Positions 62,136 through 64,000 of a stretch of DNA of 64,000 nucleotides are shown here, in pieces; position 1 is the stretch's first letter, and each line of letters begins with the position of its first letter. The translations under genes and the position numbers were made by a program. The notes below the pieces were generated by a model. That model was not told the origin of the DNA, did not search any database, and worked only from the letters and a program-made list of their open reading frames with translations. The stretch is from Bilabrum cf. latius. Its lineage: Eukaryota. Location of the stretch: NCBI GenBank assembly GCA_965178125.1, contig OZ237738.1, positions 1,054,001 through 1,118,000 of the forward strand. Direction: 5' to 3'.

Positions 62136-64000
62136 TCACGAGCTCGGCAGCGGCCCCCATTTCTAGTTGAACTGAGCCAGGCGGCTCTCCACCTGCTGCC
62201 TGTAGCCTGGGCCGTTTGGCGAGAACACGATCATTCTAGCCACTCCGCTGCCTTGGGCCGGGAAGCTGACCTAGTCCAGCTGCAGCAAGTCTGCCCCGTG
62301 CACCCCCTTGCCCGGAAGCAAGGCCCACTCACTCTGATCCAGGGGGCGCACGGTCGCATTCACGAGCTCGAAAGCGTCCCAGGCATCTCCACCCCGAGCA
62401 CTTGCTCCGCCCTGTGCGAGCATGGCCGGGGGAACAGACACGTTGACGGCCGGCAGTAGGTGCGCCTGCATGTCCCAATGGTAGTCCTGCTGCAGAGCGC
62501 ACAAAAGGTCCGAGTAGTTCCCGTTCTGCTTCAGATTGATCAGGGTCACCAGCAGCGCCTCGTCGTTCCACAGTGCGCTCGCGATCGAATCGGGGTCCCC
62601 CCCGGTTGACACCTGGGCAAGGGGCCACGCCGCTCCCTGCGTTCCCAGGCGGGCCGAATGCAGCGTGCCAGAGGTGCGCACCAGCTCTCGTACGGAGGCG
62701 AGCTGTCGGTTGAAGCGGCCCATGGCCAGCCAGGACGCGGGCCAGAACTGCATCTCGGAGATTTGTGACTGAAAGAGCATCATCCCCTTCCCTCCCGCCG
62801 CGATCACGCTCATGAGCTGAACGGATAGTTCCGCTGGGTCTGGCTGCCGGTGGAATCGGATCGGTCCTATCTTCCCATCCCAACCGTCGTCGAACGCCTG
62901 GGAGTAGAGCCAGGCGGGCCAGGGTGCCTGGTTCGCGGTAGTGGTACGAAGGTAATCGAAGCTGCCACGGAGCCAGAAGGGGCTCGCCCATTCGGTCACG
63001 TGGGGAGCACACGCGGCCACGTAAAAGTCCATCCCTTTGTAGTCCACCGTGTGGCCCCACAACCCCTGGTGCCGGTTGCGAGAGCCCCCCACGTAGGTGC
63101 CAAACCCAGGGTACGCCTTCCAGCTGGTCTGCGAGTGGGCGGCGTCTGGCCGTACATTGTGCGAGTGGTCGTCGGACTCGTCGCCCTGGAAGATGCCAGC
63201 GATCCTGCTGGTGTTCTTCAGCGCTGAAATATCGATCGATCCATCTGCCAGGGCCCAGAAATCGTACTGCGGCGCAAGGGTGCCGGCGATGATCGACCCG
63301 TTCGGGCCCCCGCACTTTGACGCGGATCCCTACGACACGAGGAAGGTATCGATGCCGTATTTCCGGTGAAGTTTGTAGTTCGTGTCGTTGACGGTGGGAA
63401 AGGGGCACTCGCTGGACTTCTGCCAAGCCTCGATGGGAAAAAACTCGAGCAGTGCTCGCCCGCCCGCCACAGCCTCGCCGGATGTCGTGTTCGCGAGCAC
63501 CGTCCACAGGTCCCCACGCTAAAGTGGGCTTGATAGTTTTATAATCCAGAGAGTTTGCTGCCCTGGCGCAAGCGTTCGGCTTGCAGCCGGGACCTGCGAC
63601 AGCACGTCCACCCCGTTCACGTGCAAGCTCTGCAGCTGCGAGTAGCTGGTGACCGTCGAATTCGGCGCCGTGCCGAGGCTGGCGTAGATCAATATCTCCC
63701 CACCCTCATTTCGGGTTGTCACATAGTCGATCGAAACAGCTGCATGGGGATCTTGCGGGGCAAGAATCCTGATTTGCGAGCTTGCCAATGTTGTGCCAGA
63801 TGTTGTTTGCAGCTCAATGGATGTCAATGAGCCAAGTTTTGCCACGGTATCCCACACACTTCTACTAGAGTGTAGCGTGACAAGCACTTGATCTCCAGCC
63901 TGCAGCGCCCCCAGCGGCAAAATGTGGAAAAAATCCACCTCCCAAAGCGATGGATCGCTGCTCGAATTAGTCGTGTTAACTGCTGTTCCATTGATAAGAA
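62136..64000 (-). CDS. Partial (5' end beyond window) protein with glycoside-hydrolase-like TIM-barrel features
   Basis: Frame open from the window end through TAG 63519, ~63330, 62271 and ~62163 to TGA 62136-62138. GIFQGDESD, QPDPAELSVQLMSVIAAGGKGMMLF; many NxT/S sequons. Confidence 0.6.

Noticed and set aside
279-64000. Pseudogene cluster or sequencing errors explaining the internal stops
   Set aside because: The interruptions are always TAG, catalytic motifs are intact, and frame changes coincide with canonical introns.
279-64000. Pyrrolysine, selenocysteine, or TAG=Leu/Glu/Tyr; ciliate table 6
   Set aside because: The best-conserved positions are Gln and TAG sits in Gln runs; a few sites align to Glu or other residues but at variable positions. 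No internal TAA was seen and TAA ends four genes.
1-64000. Suppressor tRNA-Gln(CUA), rRNA, transposase or integrated virus genes
   Set aside because: I recognised no cloverleaf, rRNA or mobile-element protein by eye; the decoding machinery presumably lies elsewhere in the genome.

Overview
Very gene-dense, GC-rich eukaryotic nuclear DNA with short GT-AG introns and intergenic gaps of about 20-560 bp. A compact protist genome, possibly a heterotrophic stramenopile, is inferred but not shown. I read 25 protein-coding genes: DDB1, SEH1, WDR82, EAF6, RNPS1, RTEL1-like helicase, GST-zeta, organellar GlyRS, OGFOD3-like oxygenase, MFSD1-like transporter, SWIB protein, SAM methyltransferase, a GRK-type kinase, a hybrid histidine kinase, a bacterial-type TPR/SLOG/class III nucleotide cyclase, and several hypotheticals. 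The main finding is a non-standard nuclear genetic code: UAG reads as glutamine while UAA and UGA remain stops (assignments as in NCBI table 15). By hand count there are about 100 in-frame TAG codons, at least one in every gene. Several sit at conserved Gln positions or in CAG/CAA runs. Under this reading the genes end in TGA (21) or TAA (4), and I saw no internal TAA. The supplied standard-code ORF track therefore fragments or truncates nearly every gene. CDS coordinates below are rebuilt by hand with TAG=Gln and span introns where stated. Family assignments come from recalled motifs, not database searches.
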